In this document: in pieces, positions 37,828-49,199 of the stretch
Position numbering within the stretch: position 1 is the first letter of the stretch
How the letters are laid out: every line of letters begins with the position of its first letter
Source of the DNA: Methanobacteriota archaeon
GTDB lineage: Archaea > Halobacteriota > Bog-38 > Methanoflorentales > Methanoflorentaceae
Assembly (NCBI GenBank): GCA_963720465.1
Contig: OY970393.1
Span: forward strand, 1,280,001-1,344,000
Length of the DNA stretch: 64,000 nt
Direction of reading: 5' to 3'
Notes under the pieces: model-generated
Databases searched by the model: none
Told to the model about the DNA's origin: nothing
The model's input: the letters and a program-made list of their open reading frames with translations, nothing else
Position numbers and translations under genes: made by a program

Positions 37828-39295
37828 CGACATTAAGTTTTTCGACACGACGCTGCGCGATGGAGAGCAAACCCCTGGTGTGTCGCTCACTGCCGAGAAG
37901 AAACTGTGGATTGCTAAGGCCCTAGACAAACTCGGCGTGGACGTTATCGAAGCGGGATCCGCGGTCACGTCGGAAGGCGAGCGAACCGCCATCAAAGCGG
38001 TCGCCCATGAAGGATTGCGCCCCGAGATATGCAGCTTCTCGCGCGCCCTTCGGGGGGATATCGACTACTGCCTCGAATGCGACGTCGACTCGGTGCACCT
38101 CGTCGTGCCCGTGTCGGATTTGCACATCGAAAAAAAACTGCGGAAGGATCGCGACGCCGTGCTGCGCATGGCCGTGGATACGACGGAATACGCCACTGAG
38201 CACGGACTCATAGTGGAACTCAGTGCCGAAGACGCGTCACGAGCGGACGGCGATTTTCTGCGCGAGTTCTACCGTCAAGGCGTCGCCGCAGGCGCTAAGC
38301 GGCTCTGCTACTGCGACACTGTTGGTGTGCTCATCCCCGATCGCACAGCCGCACAGTTTGCTGGCCTCGCGGCGATAGCACCACTAAGCATCCATTGCCA
38401 CGACGATTTTGGCCTCGCAACGGCGAATTCCATCGCGGCCCTAGGTGCCGGCGCGACGCAGGTGCACGTGACGGTGAACGGTCTAGGTGAGCGTGCAGGA
38501 AACGCGTCGCTCGAAGAGCTCGTGATGACGCTCGAGTCATTGTATGGCTATACGACGCGCATCAAGACGACCGAGCTCTACCCCATTTCGAGGCTCGTGA
38601 GCAGGCTTACGGGCGTGCCCGTTGCCCAGAACAAACCCATTGTCGGAGAGAACGCATTTACGCACGAGTCAGGCATCCACACCCACGGGCTGCTGGCAGA
38701 TACACGGACGTACGAGCCGATCACCCCCGAGATGGTAGGACGAGAGCGGCGGATTGTGCTCGGAAAACACGCAGGCAGCGCGTCGGTGCACCTCGCGCTG
38801 AAGGAGCTCGGTCTCGACGCGGACGATGAGCAACTGAGCGATATACTGAAACGAATCAAGGAGCTGGGCGACAAGGGAAAACGCGTTACCGACGCTGACC
38901 TACAAGCCATTGCCGATGCGGTGCTCGAGATCAATCGCGAAGCGCGCATAAAGCTGCAAGAGCTGACGGTCGTGTCGGGAAACATCGTTACCCCGACGTC
39001 GTCAATCAAGCTCTCGGTCGACGATCAAGAGGTCGTCGAAGCGGGAATCGGTCTCGGGCCGGTTGACGCCGCGATAAACGCGTTAAGAAAGGCGATAGGA
39101 AAGCTTGCGGACATAACGCTCGAGGAGTACCACGTTGATGCCATCACCGGCGGCACCGACGCACTGGTCGAGGTGTGGGTGAAGCTCAGCCGAGACGGTC
39201 ACGTCATCACAGCGCGCGGCGCGCGCGCCGACATCATCATAGCGTCAGTTGAAGCGGTCATTGAAGGCGTAAACAGGTTACTAACGTTAAAATGA
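37814..39295 (+). CDS. cimA: (R)-citramalate synthase (IPMS family); no canonical in-frame start
   Basis: [46 protein letters not shown], LeuA-type regulatory domain [13 protein letters not shown]; upstream of ilvBN. Confidence 0.85.
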   Translation: MALFNDIKFFDTTLRDGEQTPGVSLTAEKKLWIAKALDKLGVDVIEAGSAVTSEGERTAIKAVAHEGLRPEICSFSRALRGDIDYCLECDVDSVHLVVPVSDLHIEKKLRKDRDAVLRMAVDTTEYATEHGLIVELSAEDASRADGDFLREFYRQGVAAGAKRLCYCDTVGVLIPDRTAAQFAGLAAIAPLSIHCHDDFGLATANSIAALGAGATQVHVTVNGLGERAGNASLEELVMTLESLYGYTTRIKTTELYPISRLVSRLTGVPVAQNKPIVGENAFTHESGIHTHGLLADTRTYEPITPEMVGRERRIVLGKHAGSASVHLALKELGLDADDEQLSDILKRIKELGDKGKRVTDADLQAIADAVLEINREARIKLQELTVVSGNIVTPTSSIKLSVDDQEVVEAGIGLGPVDAAINALRKAIGKLADITLEEYHVDAITGGTDALVEVWVKLSRDGHVITARGARADIIIASVEAVIEGVNRLLTLK

Positions 39296-39308
39296 TAGGT
39301 GAGATGCA

Positions 39309-40982
39309 ATGAACCTGAGCGGTGCCAAGGCACTTATGAAAAGTCTCGAATGCGAACACGTGGATACGATTTTCGGCATCCCTGGAGGCGTCGTCATACC
39401 CATCTACGACGAACTCTTTAATCAAGATGCCATTACGCACTACCTCGTGCGCCACGAACAAGCAGCCGCCCACGCGGCGGATGGCTACGCACGAGCAACC
39501 GGGAAAGTAGGTGTGTGCATGGCTACCTCCGGTCCCGGAGCCACGAACCTCGTCACGGGAATCGCGACCGCCTACATGGATAGCGTGCCCCTCGTCGCGC
39601 TCACGGGTCAGGTGACCACTGATCTCATCGGCAACGACGCCTTTCAAGAGGCCAATATTACGGGCATCACACTCCCGATCACGAAGCACAGCTACTTGGT
39701 TCACGAAGCGAGCGAGATTCCACAGACGATAAAAGAGGCATTTCATATCGCATCCACCGGTCGACCAGGCCCCGTCTTGGTCGATATCCCAAAAGACGTG
39801 CAGACGATGACTGCCCGGTTTGAGTATCCGAAAAAGGTGCACCTGCCCGGGTATCAGCCGACCTACGAAGGACACCCCGGTCAGATCAAGCGCGCGGCGA
39901 AGGCTATTACCGAGGCTCACCGCCCCGTAATCTACGTCGGGGGCGGCGCCAAGATCAGCGGGGCTTCCGAAGAAGTCCGTGCGCTCGCCGAAACTATCGT
40001 GGCGCCTGTGACGATGACGCTTATGGGCATGGGAACATTGCCCGCTGAACATCCACTGTCGCTGGGGATGCTCGGCATGCACGGAACAAAGTACGCGAAC
40101 TACGCCGTTACCGAATCAGACCTGATCATCGCGATCGGTGCGCGCTTCGACGATCGCGTAACGGGCAAAATCGCGAGCTTTGCCCCCAACGCGAAAATCA
40201 TTCACATCGACATCGATCCAGCCGAGATCGGCAAGAACGTCAGAGTCGACATACCGATCGTCGGCGACGTGAAGCGGGTGCTCCAAAAACTGATCCCGCT
40301 TCTCAAGGATACGCGCACAAAAGAGTGGATGGAAAAGGTGCAAACGTGGAAGCGCGAGTACCCGCTTGAATTCGGCGAGACAGGCTTAAAGCCACAGTAC
40401 ATCGTACGAGAGATAAGCAGACTGTGCCCAGATGCGGTCGTGTGCACCGAAGTCGGGCAACATCAGATGTGGGCTGCGCAATACTTTAGCCACCGCCACC
40501 CGCAAAACTTCATCTCTTCCGGAGGCTTGGGAACGATGGGGTACGGGTTCCCCGCGTCCATCGGAGCGAAGATCGGTCGGCCCGACGAGACTGTCTTTGA
40601 CCTTGCCGGTGACGGGAGCTTCACCATGAACTGCCAAGAGCTTGCCACAGCAGTCGCCTACGACGTCCAGGTCAAGGTTGCGATCTTCAATAACGGCTAC
40701 CTGGGTATGGTAAGGCAATGGCAAGAGCTATTCTACGACCGTCGGTACTCCCAGACGAAGCTCTCCGAGATCAACTTCGTGAAGCTCGCCGACGCGTTCG
40801 GCGCTCACGGAATACGCGTGGACTCGCCGAGCGAAGTAGCGCCCGCCATCGAAGAGGCGCTTGCGGTGCCAAAGCCTGTAATCATCGACTTCAGAATCGA
40901 ACCAGAGGAGTGCGTATTCCCCATGGTTCCAGCAGGAGCGGCGCTTAACGAAATAATCGATGCAAAGAACGGGAGGGTGTAG
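39309..40982 (+). CDS. ilvB: Acetolactate synthase large subunit
   Basis: [41 protein letters not shown]. Confidence 0.97.
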   Translation: MNLSGAKALMKSLECEHVDTIFGIPGGVVIPIYDELFNQDAITHYLVRHEQAAAHAADGYARATGKVGVCMATSGPGATNLVTGIATAYMDSVPLVALTGQVTTDLIGNDAFQEANITGITLPITKHSYLVHEASEIPQTIKEAFHIASTGRPGPVLVDIPKDVQTMTARFEYPKKVHLPGYQPTYEGHPGQIKRAAKAITEAHRPVIYVGGGAKISGASEEVRALAETIVAPVTMTLMGMGTLPAEHPLSLGMLGMHGTKYANYAVTESDLIIAIGARFDDRVTGKIASFAPNAKIIHIDIDPAEIGKNVRVDIPIVGDVKRVLQKLIPLLKDTRTKEWMEKVQTWKREYPLEFGETGLKPQYIVREISRLCPDAVVCTEVGQHQMWAAQYFSHRHPQNFISSGGLGTMGYGFPASIGAKIGRPDETVFDLAGDGSFTMNCQELATAVAYDVQVKVAIFNNGYLGMVRQWQELFYDRRYSQTKLSEINFVKLADAFGAHGIRVDSPSEVAPAIEEALAVPKPVIIDFRIEPEECVFPMVPAGAALNEIIDAKNGRV

Positions 40983-40985
40983 CGG

Positions 40986-41486
40986 ATGAAACACACCGTA
41001 TCTGTCCTCGTTCAAAATAAGCCCGGCGTGCTCGCGCGAACCGCCGGTCTTTTCAGCAGGCGAGGCTACAACATCGAGAGCCTGACCGTCGGCGTTACCG
41101 AAAACGAAGCCGTTTCGCGTATGACGATCGTTGTGGCCGGCGACGATACCGTGGTCGAACAAGTCACCAAGCAGCTCAACAAGCTCATCGAGGTCATCAA
41201 GGTAAGCGATCTCACCAAAGAGTCGTACGTGGACCGAGAGCTGGTGCTCATAAAAGTCACTGCCGACAGCTCAAATCGTGCAGAGATTATGCAGATCGTC
41301 AACATCTTCCGGGCGCGAATCGTCGACGTGGCGCCCAAGAGCCTCATCATCGAGGTAACTGGTGATGAGGGAAAACTGGAGGCGCTTATTGGTATGCTCA
41401 AACAATTCGGCATCAAGGAGATCGTAAGGACGGGCACGCTAGCTCTAGGGCGAGGACCTAAGGTGATACAAAGCGGCAAAGGCTAG
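40986..41486 (+). CDS. ilvN: Acetolactate synthase small (regulatory) subunit
   Basis: [38 protein letters not shown]. Confidence 0.97.
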   Translation: MKHTVSVLVQNKPGVLARTAGLFSRRGYNIESLTVGVTENEAVSRMTIVVAGDDTVVEQVTKQLNKLIEVIKVSDLTKESYVDRELVLIKVTADSSNRAEIMQIVNIFRARIVDVAPKSLIIEVTGDEGKLEALIGMLKQFGIKEIVRTGTLALGRGPKVIQSGKG

Positions 41487-41692
41487 AGCGGGCGCTGTGA
41501 CTGGCGCTGTGACTAAAAGATGCCGAGCAACGGAAACCGCTAAAGCGCAGCGCGACATCACCTCCGGTAGAGGGTGAGGGATGCGCTGCCGGGATCGGTC
41601 TCAACGCGGACGACACACGATCGTGACGCCACAAGCTTTTTTATGCAGCTCATAAACTAAGAGACGATTGATGGAAAATGGAGGGGTGATAT

Positions 41693-42679
41693 ATGGTTCA
41701 AATGTTTTATAATGAAGACGCTGACCTGAAACATCTAAGCGACAAGAAAATCGCAATCATCGGTTACGGCAGCCAGGGACACGCCCAAGCACAAAACCTC
41801 AAGGACTCGGGACTAGATGTTCTCATCGGTCTGCGCAAGGGGGGATCGTGGGATCAGGCGCTAAAAGACGGTTTTGAAGTGCTCAGCGTCGCAGAGGCGG
41901 CAAATCGCGGAGACATCGTGCAACTGCTCCTGCCCGACGAACGCCAGGCGGCTGTGTATAAGGCTGAAATTGAACCGCAGCTCCAAGAGGGGAACGTGCT
42001 ATCATTTTCCCACGGCTTCAACATTCACTACAACCAGATCGTTCCCCCGGCATATGTGGACGTATTTATGGTTGCGCCTAAAGGTCCAGGTCACCTCGTA
42101 CGGCGCATCTACACCCAAGGTGAGGGCGTCCCAGCACTGCTGGCCGTGTACCAAGACTACACGGGTAACGCGTTCCAGACGGCGCTCGCGTATGCCAAGG
42201 GCATCGGCGCCACGCGAGCCGGCGTGCTAGAGACGTCGTTTAAAGAGGAAACGGAGACCGACCTCTTCGGGGAACAAGCCGTTCTCTGCGGCGGAACCAC
42301 TGCACTCATCAAAGCCGGCTTTGAAACGCTCGTCGAAGCAGGCTACAAGCCTGAAATCGCGTATTTCGAGTGTCTGCACGAATTGAAGCTCATCGTCGAC
42401 CTTATCCACGAAGGCGGGCTCTCGTGGATGCGCCATTCAATCAGTGACACAGCAGAATACGGCGATCTCACTAGAGGTGAGCGCATTATCACCAATGCGA
42501 CACGCGAAGCCATGAAGGGGCTGCTCAAGGACATTCAAACGGGAGAGTTCGCACGCGAATGGATACTTGAGAATCAAGCCCACCGCCCCGTGTATAACGC
42601 GCTCACCCAACGAGAGCGGGAGCACCCCATAGAAACGGTAGGCGCAAAGCTTCGCGCGATGATGACGTGGCTCAAGTGA
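41693..42679 (+). CDS. ilvC: Ketol-acid reductoisomerase
   Basis: [40 protein letters not shown]. Confidence 0.97.
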   Translation: MVQMFYNEDADLKHLSDKKIAIIGYGSQGHAQAQNLKDSGLDVLIGLRKGGSWDQALKDGFEVLSVAEAANRGDIVQLLLPDERQAAVYKAEIEPQLQEGNVLSFSHGFNIHYNQIVPPAYVDVFMVAPKGPGHLVRRIYTQGEGVPALLAVYQDYTGNAFQTALAYAKGIGATRAGVLETSFKEETETDLFGEQAVLCGGTTALIKAGFETLVEAGYKPEIAYFECLHELKLIVDLIHEGGLSWMRHSISDTAEYGDLTRGERIITNATREAMKGLLKDIQTGEFAREWILENQAHRPVYNALTQREREHPIETVGAKLRAMMTWLK

Positions 42680-42912
42680 CGGCGTGCTTCACTGGCCCCG
42701 GTTCTCAGTGCACTGCGTCACTGTGCCCCACAATGATCAACGAGCACTGAGGCGGAGTTTCACGAATCCGCCGCCGCTTAATTTCTCTATTTGACAGTCT
42801 GCAGCTGACGGGCTGTTCGTTGCTTGGCCTCGCGACTAGCTGGCGTATGCGTGCGCAAACTCTTATACTCTCGCGGAGAATTAGGAGGCTAGAAGGCTAC
42901 GGTGGCCGCCAT

Positions 42913-43479
42913 ATGATCCAACCCAAGCGCATCTGCGGTATCGGAGCGATTGCGTTTCTGATTTTGCTGCCCATGGCGCTTGCAACTCACGTTCTACCGA
43001 GTCCTGGCGCTTCGCTCGCGCAGGTGAATGCGACGCACGATCAAGGCCTGTCCCAAGCGTGGTTTCTTGGACGGAACACTGGCGAAGCACACAGCTCGGT
43101 GATGGTATGCGCGCTCGCGATAGATCCTACAATTGCTCAAAGCAACATACCTAATGTTTTAGTCCCCTCGACGATTCCGTCTGCCGAACCGTCACTTCCT
43201 ACAGTTAGCCCCACGCCTCAAACGCCCACGGTCTCAACGAACAGCACTAACGGCACGGCAGCGACCAGCGCCGGGAATGGTGGTGGCCTCACCAAGGTTA
43301 TCAGCAGTATTTCGCCCTACCTCATCATCGCACTTATTCCGCTTCTTTTTATCATCGGAGCCTTATTTTATTTCTTTTTCATGGGCGATCAAGATCGCGG
43401 AATTCCAAGCGACGAAAAAGAGGCAGACGTTCAATTCACCGATGCACGCGAAGATACGGGGTGGAGAGAGCTCAAGTAA
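42913..43479 (+). CDS. Hypothetical membrane-anchored surface protein
   Basis: N-terminal hydrophobic signal, P/S/T-rich linker, C-terminal TM helix and acidic tail. Confidence 0.65.
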   Translation: MIQPKRICGIGAIAFLILLPMALATHVLPSPGASLAQVNATHDQGLSQAWFLGRNTGEAHSSVMVCALAIDPTIAQSNIPNVLVPSTIPSAEPSLPTVSPTPQTPTVSTNSTNGTAATSAGNGGGLTKVISSISPYLIIALIPLLFIIGALFYFFFMGDQDRGIPSDEKEADVQFTDAREDTGWRELK

Positions 43480-43748
43480 GCCTACGTTTGATACGTTCAC
43501 GGTTGCCCAGACAGGTAGAGCTGCAGCGTTCATAATGCTACCGAGAGTCCGCTGCTGCATACCAAGAGGAGGCAATCGACCGCCCTTTCGGACGCCACAA
43601 GAAGCTGCGTAGACGCTAATCAACGCTTATTTCTCCTTCTAAACAGGCAATTGATAAAACGTTATATATTGTGCGAGTCATCAGAGGGGTGTGGAATGAA
43701 GCTTGCACGACGCGCACAAAAACAGCGCTGGACGTGGGAGTGAACGCG

Positions 43749-44012
43749 ATGCCGGACAAACAGGATATCATAACGAAGAGCGTCGATATTCTCGCCCGTA
43801 TCGTTGGGGATGATTCGGTGCCGAGAAATATCCGCCGCGCTGCAGATGAGGCCAAAACGAGGCTGCTCGATCGAGCGGAGGCCGAAGCTGTCCGCGCAGC
43901 GTACGCGATTTCGATACTCGATGACATAAGCAATGATCCGAACATGCCCCTCCACACGCGAACACTTATTTGGAACGTAGCAAGTCAGCTTGAGAAGGTT
44001 TCGATGGAGTAA
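43749..44012 (+). CDS. UPF0147 family protein
   Basis: [38 protein letters not shown]. Confidence 0.92.
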   Translation: MPDKQDIITKSVDILARIVGDDSVPRNIRRAADEAKTRLLDRAEAEAVRAAYAISILDDISNDPNMPLHTRTLIWNVASQLEKVSME

Positions 44013-44325
44013 GGGATAGCTCAATGACCCAAAGTTGAGGGGTGCGCCGCGTTGAACTCATTCTCGAATAGTCACTTTTTTAGGTAGATCCGCAATCCTA
44101 GTCTGTGCGATCGTTAGAGCGCCTCACGGAACAACGTTCATGAAACACGGGTCGTCGCATTTGCTCGTCGCAAATAATAAAACGACTTGTAAGCATTTTT
44201 TCTGATTCAGAGCGCGATATGAGATGCGAAGCTATGCGGTGCCCACGTCGAAGAGGAATAATAATATAACATAACGTACGAGTAATTTTGGGCTTCTCGG
44301 AGCGTAAGTAACGTACGGTGACCTC

Positions 44326-44637
44326 ATGGACGTTGACGAACAGGCCAAGAAGATAAAGGACTGGGCCAAAAAGCATGCAGAGAGACGAGGAATGCAACTC
44401 AATCCTGACGAAGAGCGAGTTGATGAGGTCACAAAGGGTCTCGCTGCCAGGCAGGAGAAGTTCGGAAAGCGTTACTGCCCGTGTCGTATTATTACGGGAG
44501 ACACCGAGGAGGATCGAAAGATAATCTGTCCCTGCATTTACCACGAAGAAGAACTCAAAGAACACGGCATGTGTCATTGCAAGCTTTTTAGTACAAAAGA
44601 AACAGTAGAGGGAGTCAGCGGTGAAGTCAAAGGTTAG
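44326..44637 (+). CDS. Ferredoxin:thioredoxin reductase catalytic-subunit-like protein
   Basis: YCPCR, ICPC, CHCKLF. Confidence 0.92.
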   Translation: MDVDEQAKKIKDWAKKHAERRGMQLNPDEERVDEVTKGLAARQEKFGKRYCPCRIITGDTEEDRKIICPCIYHEEELKEHGMCHCKLFSTKETVEGVSGEVKG

Positions 44638-45061
44638 AATACGATATATCGCACTTATTGCTGCGCTTTGCTTGCTCAGCGTCACAATGAGCGGGTGCCT
44701 CAATATCAATCAGTCGGGCTACGAGTTTAAAAGCGGAATAACACCTCCTGTAGTGGTTAGCAACTTGATGCAGAACCGAACGGTCATCCTGTTCATCACG
44801 CAGAACAACTGCCCTGATTGTGAGCAGACACGACCGCTGATAGCGGGTCTTCAGTCGCAATACAATGGCACGAATGTGACGTTTGTAAACTTCAACGTCG
44901 ACGACAACAGCACGTCACAGAACGTCGCCAAAGCGTATGGCGTGACCGCGACCCCGACAACCGTTGTGTTACGCAAGGACGGGTCCGCCGCGATCTTCGT
45001 GGGTGTGTTCGACCCGAGCACGGTGAAGAGCGCCATTGACGACGCACGCAGCACGTACTAA
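44621..45061 (+). CDS. Thioredoxin-fold lipoprotein
   Basis: Signal with MSGC lipobox, CPDC, YGV..TPT. Confidence 0.88.
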   Translation: MKSKVRIRYIALIAALCLLSVTMSGCLNINQSGYEFKSGITPPVVVSNLMQNRTVILFITQNNCPDCEQTRPLIAGLQSQYNGTNVTFVNFNVDDNSTSQNVAKAYGVTATPTTVVLRKDGSAAIFVGVFDPSTVKSAIDDARSTY

Positions 45062-45073
45062 GGACGCGCGCAC

Positions 45074-45736
45074 ATGGAAGTAAACCCACTGATCGCATTC
45101 GGAGCAGGGCTGATCAGCATTTTTTCTCCCTGCGTGTTACCCTTGCTACCGGCCATCGTCGCCTCATCAACGGATCGCGGCAGATACCGACCGCTCGCCA
45201 TTATCCTGGGCCTAAGCATATCCTTTATTAGCATGGGACTCGTCGCATCAGCTTTTGGAGCCGTATTCACAGAGTACAGCAACTATATCTTCACTGCAGC
45301 AATATTCTTCATCATCGCAATGGGGTTCTGGATGCTCTTCGATCTCCATATACCCTACAGTGCGCCGCGGCTAGGCCTCATCGATCGGGTCTCAAAGAAA
45401 ACGTATGACATTCCGACCGAGGGCATCGCGAGCGGGCTGCTGTTGGGACTCGCACTCGGCATTGTCTGGCTCCCGTGCACGGGGCCGGTGCTCGGCACAA
45501 TCCTCACGTGGGTCGCCGCGAAGGGCGACGTCATTACCGGCGGCCTGCTGCTCGGCGTTTACTCGCTCGGCTTCGCCGTTCCCATGCTGGGGATCGCGTA
45601 CTCGACAAAGATGTCGTCGTCACTCGTCGGCAAATCGTCCAAGACTATCTGGATTAAGCGCTTCGCGGGCTTGGTGCTCATCGTGGTAGGCGTCTATCTA
45701 GTCTGGCCGTACCTCGCAACGCTTACTCAGTTTTGA
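45074..45736 (+). CDS. ccdA: CcdA/DsbD transmembrane electron transporter
   Basis: FSPCVLPLLP and WLPCTGPVL, multiple TM helices. Confidence 0.92.
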   Translation: MEVNPLIAFGAGLISIFSPCVLPLLPAIVASSTDRGRYRPLAIILGLSISFISMGLVASAFGAVFTEYSNYIFTAAIFFIIAMGFWMLFDLHIPYSAPRLGLIDRVSKKTYDIPTEGIASGLLLGLALGIVWLPCTGPVLGTILTWVAAKGDVITGGLLLGVYSLGFAVPMLGIAYSTKMSSSLVGKSSKTIWIKRFAGLVLIVVGVYLVWPYLATLTQF

Positions 45737-46320
45737 AGCGTTTTTTGTGAACGAGGCCACCGTAGCATGCATCACATTGTGCAAGAAAAGAGATAGCGCG
45801 GTCTACGTTTGCGATTAAGATAGATGCACCGATAGTCGCCAAAAAAAGCGAGAACTTGTCAATTTGTGATCGTACGTCGATGAGCGTATTGACGGAAAAA
45901 AGCAGCCTGCGCGGGGCCTAACCCAAGATCTTCTGCGGCAGAGACAGGACGCCGCACTTCTGCATTGATACGGCCTGCGCGTGCTGCCCCCGAAATTCAA
46001 TGGCTGGTCTTTGATTCCAGAAGGCTGCCGCGTGTTAATAGATACCTTCGCGCCGGAAAGCGATGTCCTCGCGCGTGGCGTGACCGCAGCCGATTCGTTA
46101 ATCTGCGACGTGGACGAGGTTCTCGCTTCTGGTCCTGGGACGACTGTGGGGGAGAGCTGCAATGTCCGGGGACGAGATGATGAGATCTCGGCACGGAGTG
46201 GCCGTCCTGGTGCGTAAGATAAAAAGGCTATAGGTTCAACTAGTAGGATACATTGCAGAATATCCATGGGGTGAAAAGGTTGCTCCGTATCGAAAACGCC
46301 GGACAGAAAGGGGGGGAATT

Positions 46321-47493
46321 ATGAACACCCCTACCGTTGCACAGAAAACAAAGGGTATCGTGATCGCCGTTGTAAAGGAACAGGCCCTGCATGAGCAGCG
46401 CGTTGCGACTGTGCCCGAGGTGGTCCGAAAACTCACGAAGTCGGGGTACGAGGTCCGGGTCGAGCATGATGCGGGAGCGGGAGCTTTCTACCCGGACGAC
46501 CTCTATGTTGCCGCCGGTGCGAAGATCGCGCCCGGTCGGGCCGAACTGCTAGACGGTGCAGCAATCGTGTTGTGCGTACAGCCCCCCGCCATAGCCGATG
46601 TTGAGATGCTCGCAGCGAGCACGATCGTCATCGGGTTCATGAATGCGGCAAACAACCTTTCAACCGTTGCACGGATGCGTGACCGCGAGGTCACCGCCTT
46701 TGCCCTCGAGCTTGTCCCGCGGATCACCCGCGCCCAGAGCATGGACGCACTCAGTTCTCAGGCAACGGCCGCCGGCTACGCAGCAGCGATTCTCGGCGCA
46801 TACAACTGCCCTAAGTTCCTCCCGATGCTGACAACGGCTGCGGGCACGATCCGGCCAGCAACAGTGCTCATCCTTGGGGCAGGCGTTGCGGGCCTCACAG
46901 CGATTGCCACAGCCAAGCGCCTTGGCGCCATGGTCGAGGCATACGATGTCCGGCGTGCCGCGGGCGAACAGGTCCGGAGCCTCGGCGCGAAATTCCTCGA
47001 GCTTGAAATCAATGCGGAAAGCGAGGGCGGCTATGCCCGCGAGCTCACGCCGGAAGAGAAGGTAAAGGAACAGCAGATGGTCTCCGCCGCGGTGGCGAGG
47101 GCTGACATCGTTATCACGACTGCCAGCATCCCCAGCCGGAAGGCGCCGGTCCTGATAACGAAAGAGACCGTCGCAACGATGCATCCGGGCGCCGTCATCG
47201 TCGACCTTGCTGCTGAATCGGGCGGCAACTGCGAGCTGACACAATGTGGAAAGACGGTAAAGGAGCACGGTGTCACTATTGTGGGCCCGCAGAACCTCCC
47301 GGCCCGGGTCGCGTTTCACGCAAGCCAGATGTACGCAAGGAACCTCCAGTCGTTCCTCTCGCTCCTTGTTAATGATGCCGGGGCGCTCACCCGTGAGTTC
47401 ACTGACGAGATCCTGGCAGCAAGCCTCCTTGTGAGCGCAGGCGAAGTGCGGCATCAACCAACGCTTGACCTCATCAGCGGAGGGGGGCTGTGA
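46321..47493 (+). CDS. pntA: NAD(P) transhydrogenase alpha subunit part 1 (domain I)
   Basis: E.RVA..P, RITRAQSMDALSSQ, GAGVAGL, GGYA, VDLAAESGGNC. Confidence 0.95.
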   Translation: MNTPTVAQKTKGIVIAVVKEQALHEQRVATVPEVVRKLTKSGYEVRVEHDAGAGAFYPDDLYVAAGAKIAPGRAELLDGAAIVLCVQPPAIADVEMLAASTIVIGFMNAANNLSTVARMRDREVTAFALELVPRITRAQSMDALSSQATAAGYAAAILGAYNCPKFLPMLTTAAGTIRPATVLILGAGVAGLTAIATAKRLGAMVEAYDVRRAAGEQVRSLGAKFLELEINAESEGGYARELTPEEKVKEQQMVSAAVARADIVITTASIPSRKAPVLITKETVATMHPGAVIVDLAAESGGNCELTQCGKTVKEHGVTIVGPQNLPARVAFHASQMYARNLQSFLSLLVNDAGALTREFTDEILAASLLVSAGEVRHQPTLDLISGGGL

Positions 47494-47801
47494 CCGAGAT
47501 CACTGCGTTCTGGATCGCTATCTACATCGCAATGCTGGCAGCGTTCACCGGCTACGTTACCATCAGCCGTGTCCCCGCCATCCTACACACACCTCTGATG
47601 AGCGGCTCGAACTTCATCCACGGGATCGTGCTCGTTGGGGCGATGGTAGCGCTCGGCCTTGCCAATACGCCTGCAGAGCAGGTGATCGGGTTCATGGCAG
47701 TTGTTCTCGGGGCAGCGAACGTGACTGGCGGTTATGTCGTCACGGAACGGATCCTCCAGATGTTCGACCGTAGCAGAAAGAAGCCGGGCAAGGGGGCGTG
47801 A
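47490..47801 (+). CDS. NAD(P) transhydrogenase alpha subunit part 2 (membrane)
   Basis: VPAILHTPLMSGSN, NVTGGY.VT.R.L.MF. Confidence 0.93.
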   Translation: MTEITAFWIAIYIAMLAAFTGYVTISRVPAILHTPLMSGSNFIHGIVLVGAMVALGLANTPAEQVIGFMAVVLGAANVTGGYVVTERILQMFDRSRKKPGKGA

Positions 47802-47802
47802 C

Positions 47803-49185
47803 GTGGCTGACTTCTCCTTTGCCATCGAACCGGTATACATTGCGACGATCTTCTTCTTCATCGTCGGGTTGCAGCGGATGAGCCACCCGCTCACGGCTCG
47901 GAGCGGGATCGTCTGGGCCGGCGGCGCGATGCTGATCGCAACGCTCGTTACGTTCTTTACCCCGAATCTCACCAACATCGACCTGATCGCGATCGCGATC
48001 GTGATCGGTGGCGGCTTCGGCTATATAGGGGCCAAGCGCGTTGCGATGACCAACATGCCCCAGATGGTTGCACTCTTCAACGGGATGGGGGGCGGCGCGG
48101 CAGCCGGGATCTCGGCAGTCGCCCTCCTTGGCCCGCCCACTCCCACCAGCTCGCTTGCGGTCGTTGGCGGCCTGATCGGGGCTGTCTCGTTTTCAGGCAG
48201 CCTCATCGCGTTCCTGAAACTGCAGGGCTGGATGCCATCGCGGCCGGTTACCTTCACGGGCCAGCAGGTCGTCAATATGGCAGTCCTTGTCCTCGCCATC
48301 GTTTCCGGTGTGTTCGTCATCTTGCAGCCCTCATCGATGCCGCTTTCCGTAAACGCGTCCCTTCCGCTCTTCTTTATTCTCGCTCTCGGCTTCGGGCTCC
48401 TCATGACGCTCCCGATTGGCGGGGCCGACATGCCCGTAGTGATCTCGATGTACAACGCCTTCACCGGCCTGGCCGTTGCGCTTGACGGCTTCTCCTTTGT
48501 CACCCCCAACTATGCGATGATCATCGCGGGCGTTATTGTCGGCGCTGCGGGTTCGCTGCTCACGCTCAAGATGGCTAAGGCAATGAACCGCTCACTCACA
48601 AACGTCTTCTTCGGAGCCTTCGGCGCAACGGAGGAGCAGGCGGCACAGGTATCGGGCAGCGTGAAAGCGATCGAGGCCGACGACGTTGCAGTCCTGCTCG
48701 CCTACGCGGACCGGGTTATCATCGTCCCCGGCTACGGCATGGCAGTCGCCCAAGCCCAGCAGAAAGTGAAGGAGCTGACCGACCTGCTCGAGCGTAGGGG
48801 CGTACGGGTGAAGTTCGCGATCCACCCGGTTGCCGGGCGCATGCCCGGGCATATGAACGTCCTGCTTGCCGAGGCAGGGGTTGCCTACGACCACCTGTTC
48901 GACCGCGACGAGGTGAACCCTGAGTTCCCCAGCACTGACGTCGTCCTTGTCATCGGAGCCAACGATGTCGTGAACCCGGCGGCGCACCGGGAGGGCAGCC
49001 CGCTCTTCGGCATGCCAATCCTTGATGTCGAACAGGCAAAGAATGTGATCGTCCTAAAGCGCGGACAGGGAAAGGGCTTTGCGGGGATCGAGAACGACCT
49101 GTTCTACCGGGACAACACGCGGATGCTCTACGGCGACGCGCAGGAGACGGTCGGCATGCTTGTGCAGGCCCTCAAGAAACTTTGA
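47803..49185 (+). CDS. pntB: NAD(P) transhydrogenase beta subunit
   Basis: MPQMVA, IGGADMPVVIS, KAMNRS, PGYGMAVAQAQ, HPVAGRMPGHMN, GANDVVN; start GTG 47803. Confidence 0.96.
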   Translation: MADFSFAIEPVYIATIFFFIVGLQRMSHPLTARSGIVWAGGAMLIATLVTFFTPNLTNIDLIAIAIVIGGGFGYIGAKRVAMTNMPQMVALFNGMGGGAAAGISAVALLGPPTPTSSLAVVGGLIGAVSFSGSLIAFLKLQGWMPSRPVTFTGQQVVNMAVLVLAIVSGVFVILQPSSMPLSVNASLPLFFILALGFGLLMTLPIGGADMPVVISMYNAFTGLAVALDGFSFVTPNYAMIIAGVIVGAAGSLLTLKMAKAMNRSLTNVFFGAFGATEEQAAQVSGSVKAIEADDVAVLLAYADRVIIVPGYGMAVAQAQQKVKELTDLLERRGVRVKFAIHPVAGRMPGHMNVLLAEAGVAYDHLFDRDEVNPEFPSTDVVLVIGANDVVNPAAHREGSPLFGMPILDVEQAKNVIVLKRGQGKGFAGIENDLFYRDNTRMLYGDAQETVGMLVQALKKL

Positions 49186-49199
49186 ATCCCACGGGGATC

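Noticed and set aside
37880-39295. GTG 37880 as the cimA start, as in the ORF track
   Set aside because: Would omit the essential DTTLRDGEQ motif.
45815-46267. ORFs between ccdA and pntA, checked for an nfnA remnant
   Set aside because: No recognisable motifs on either strand.
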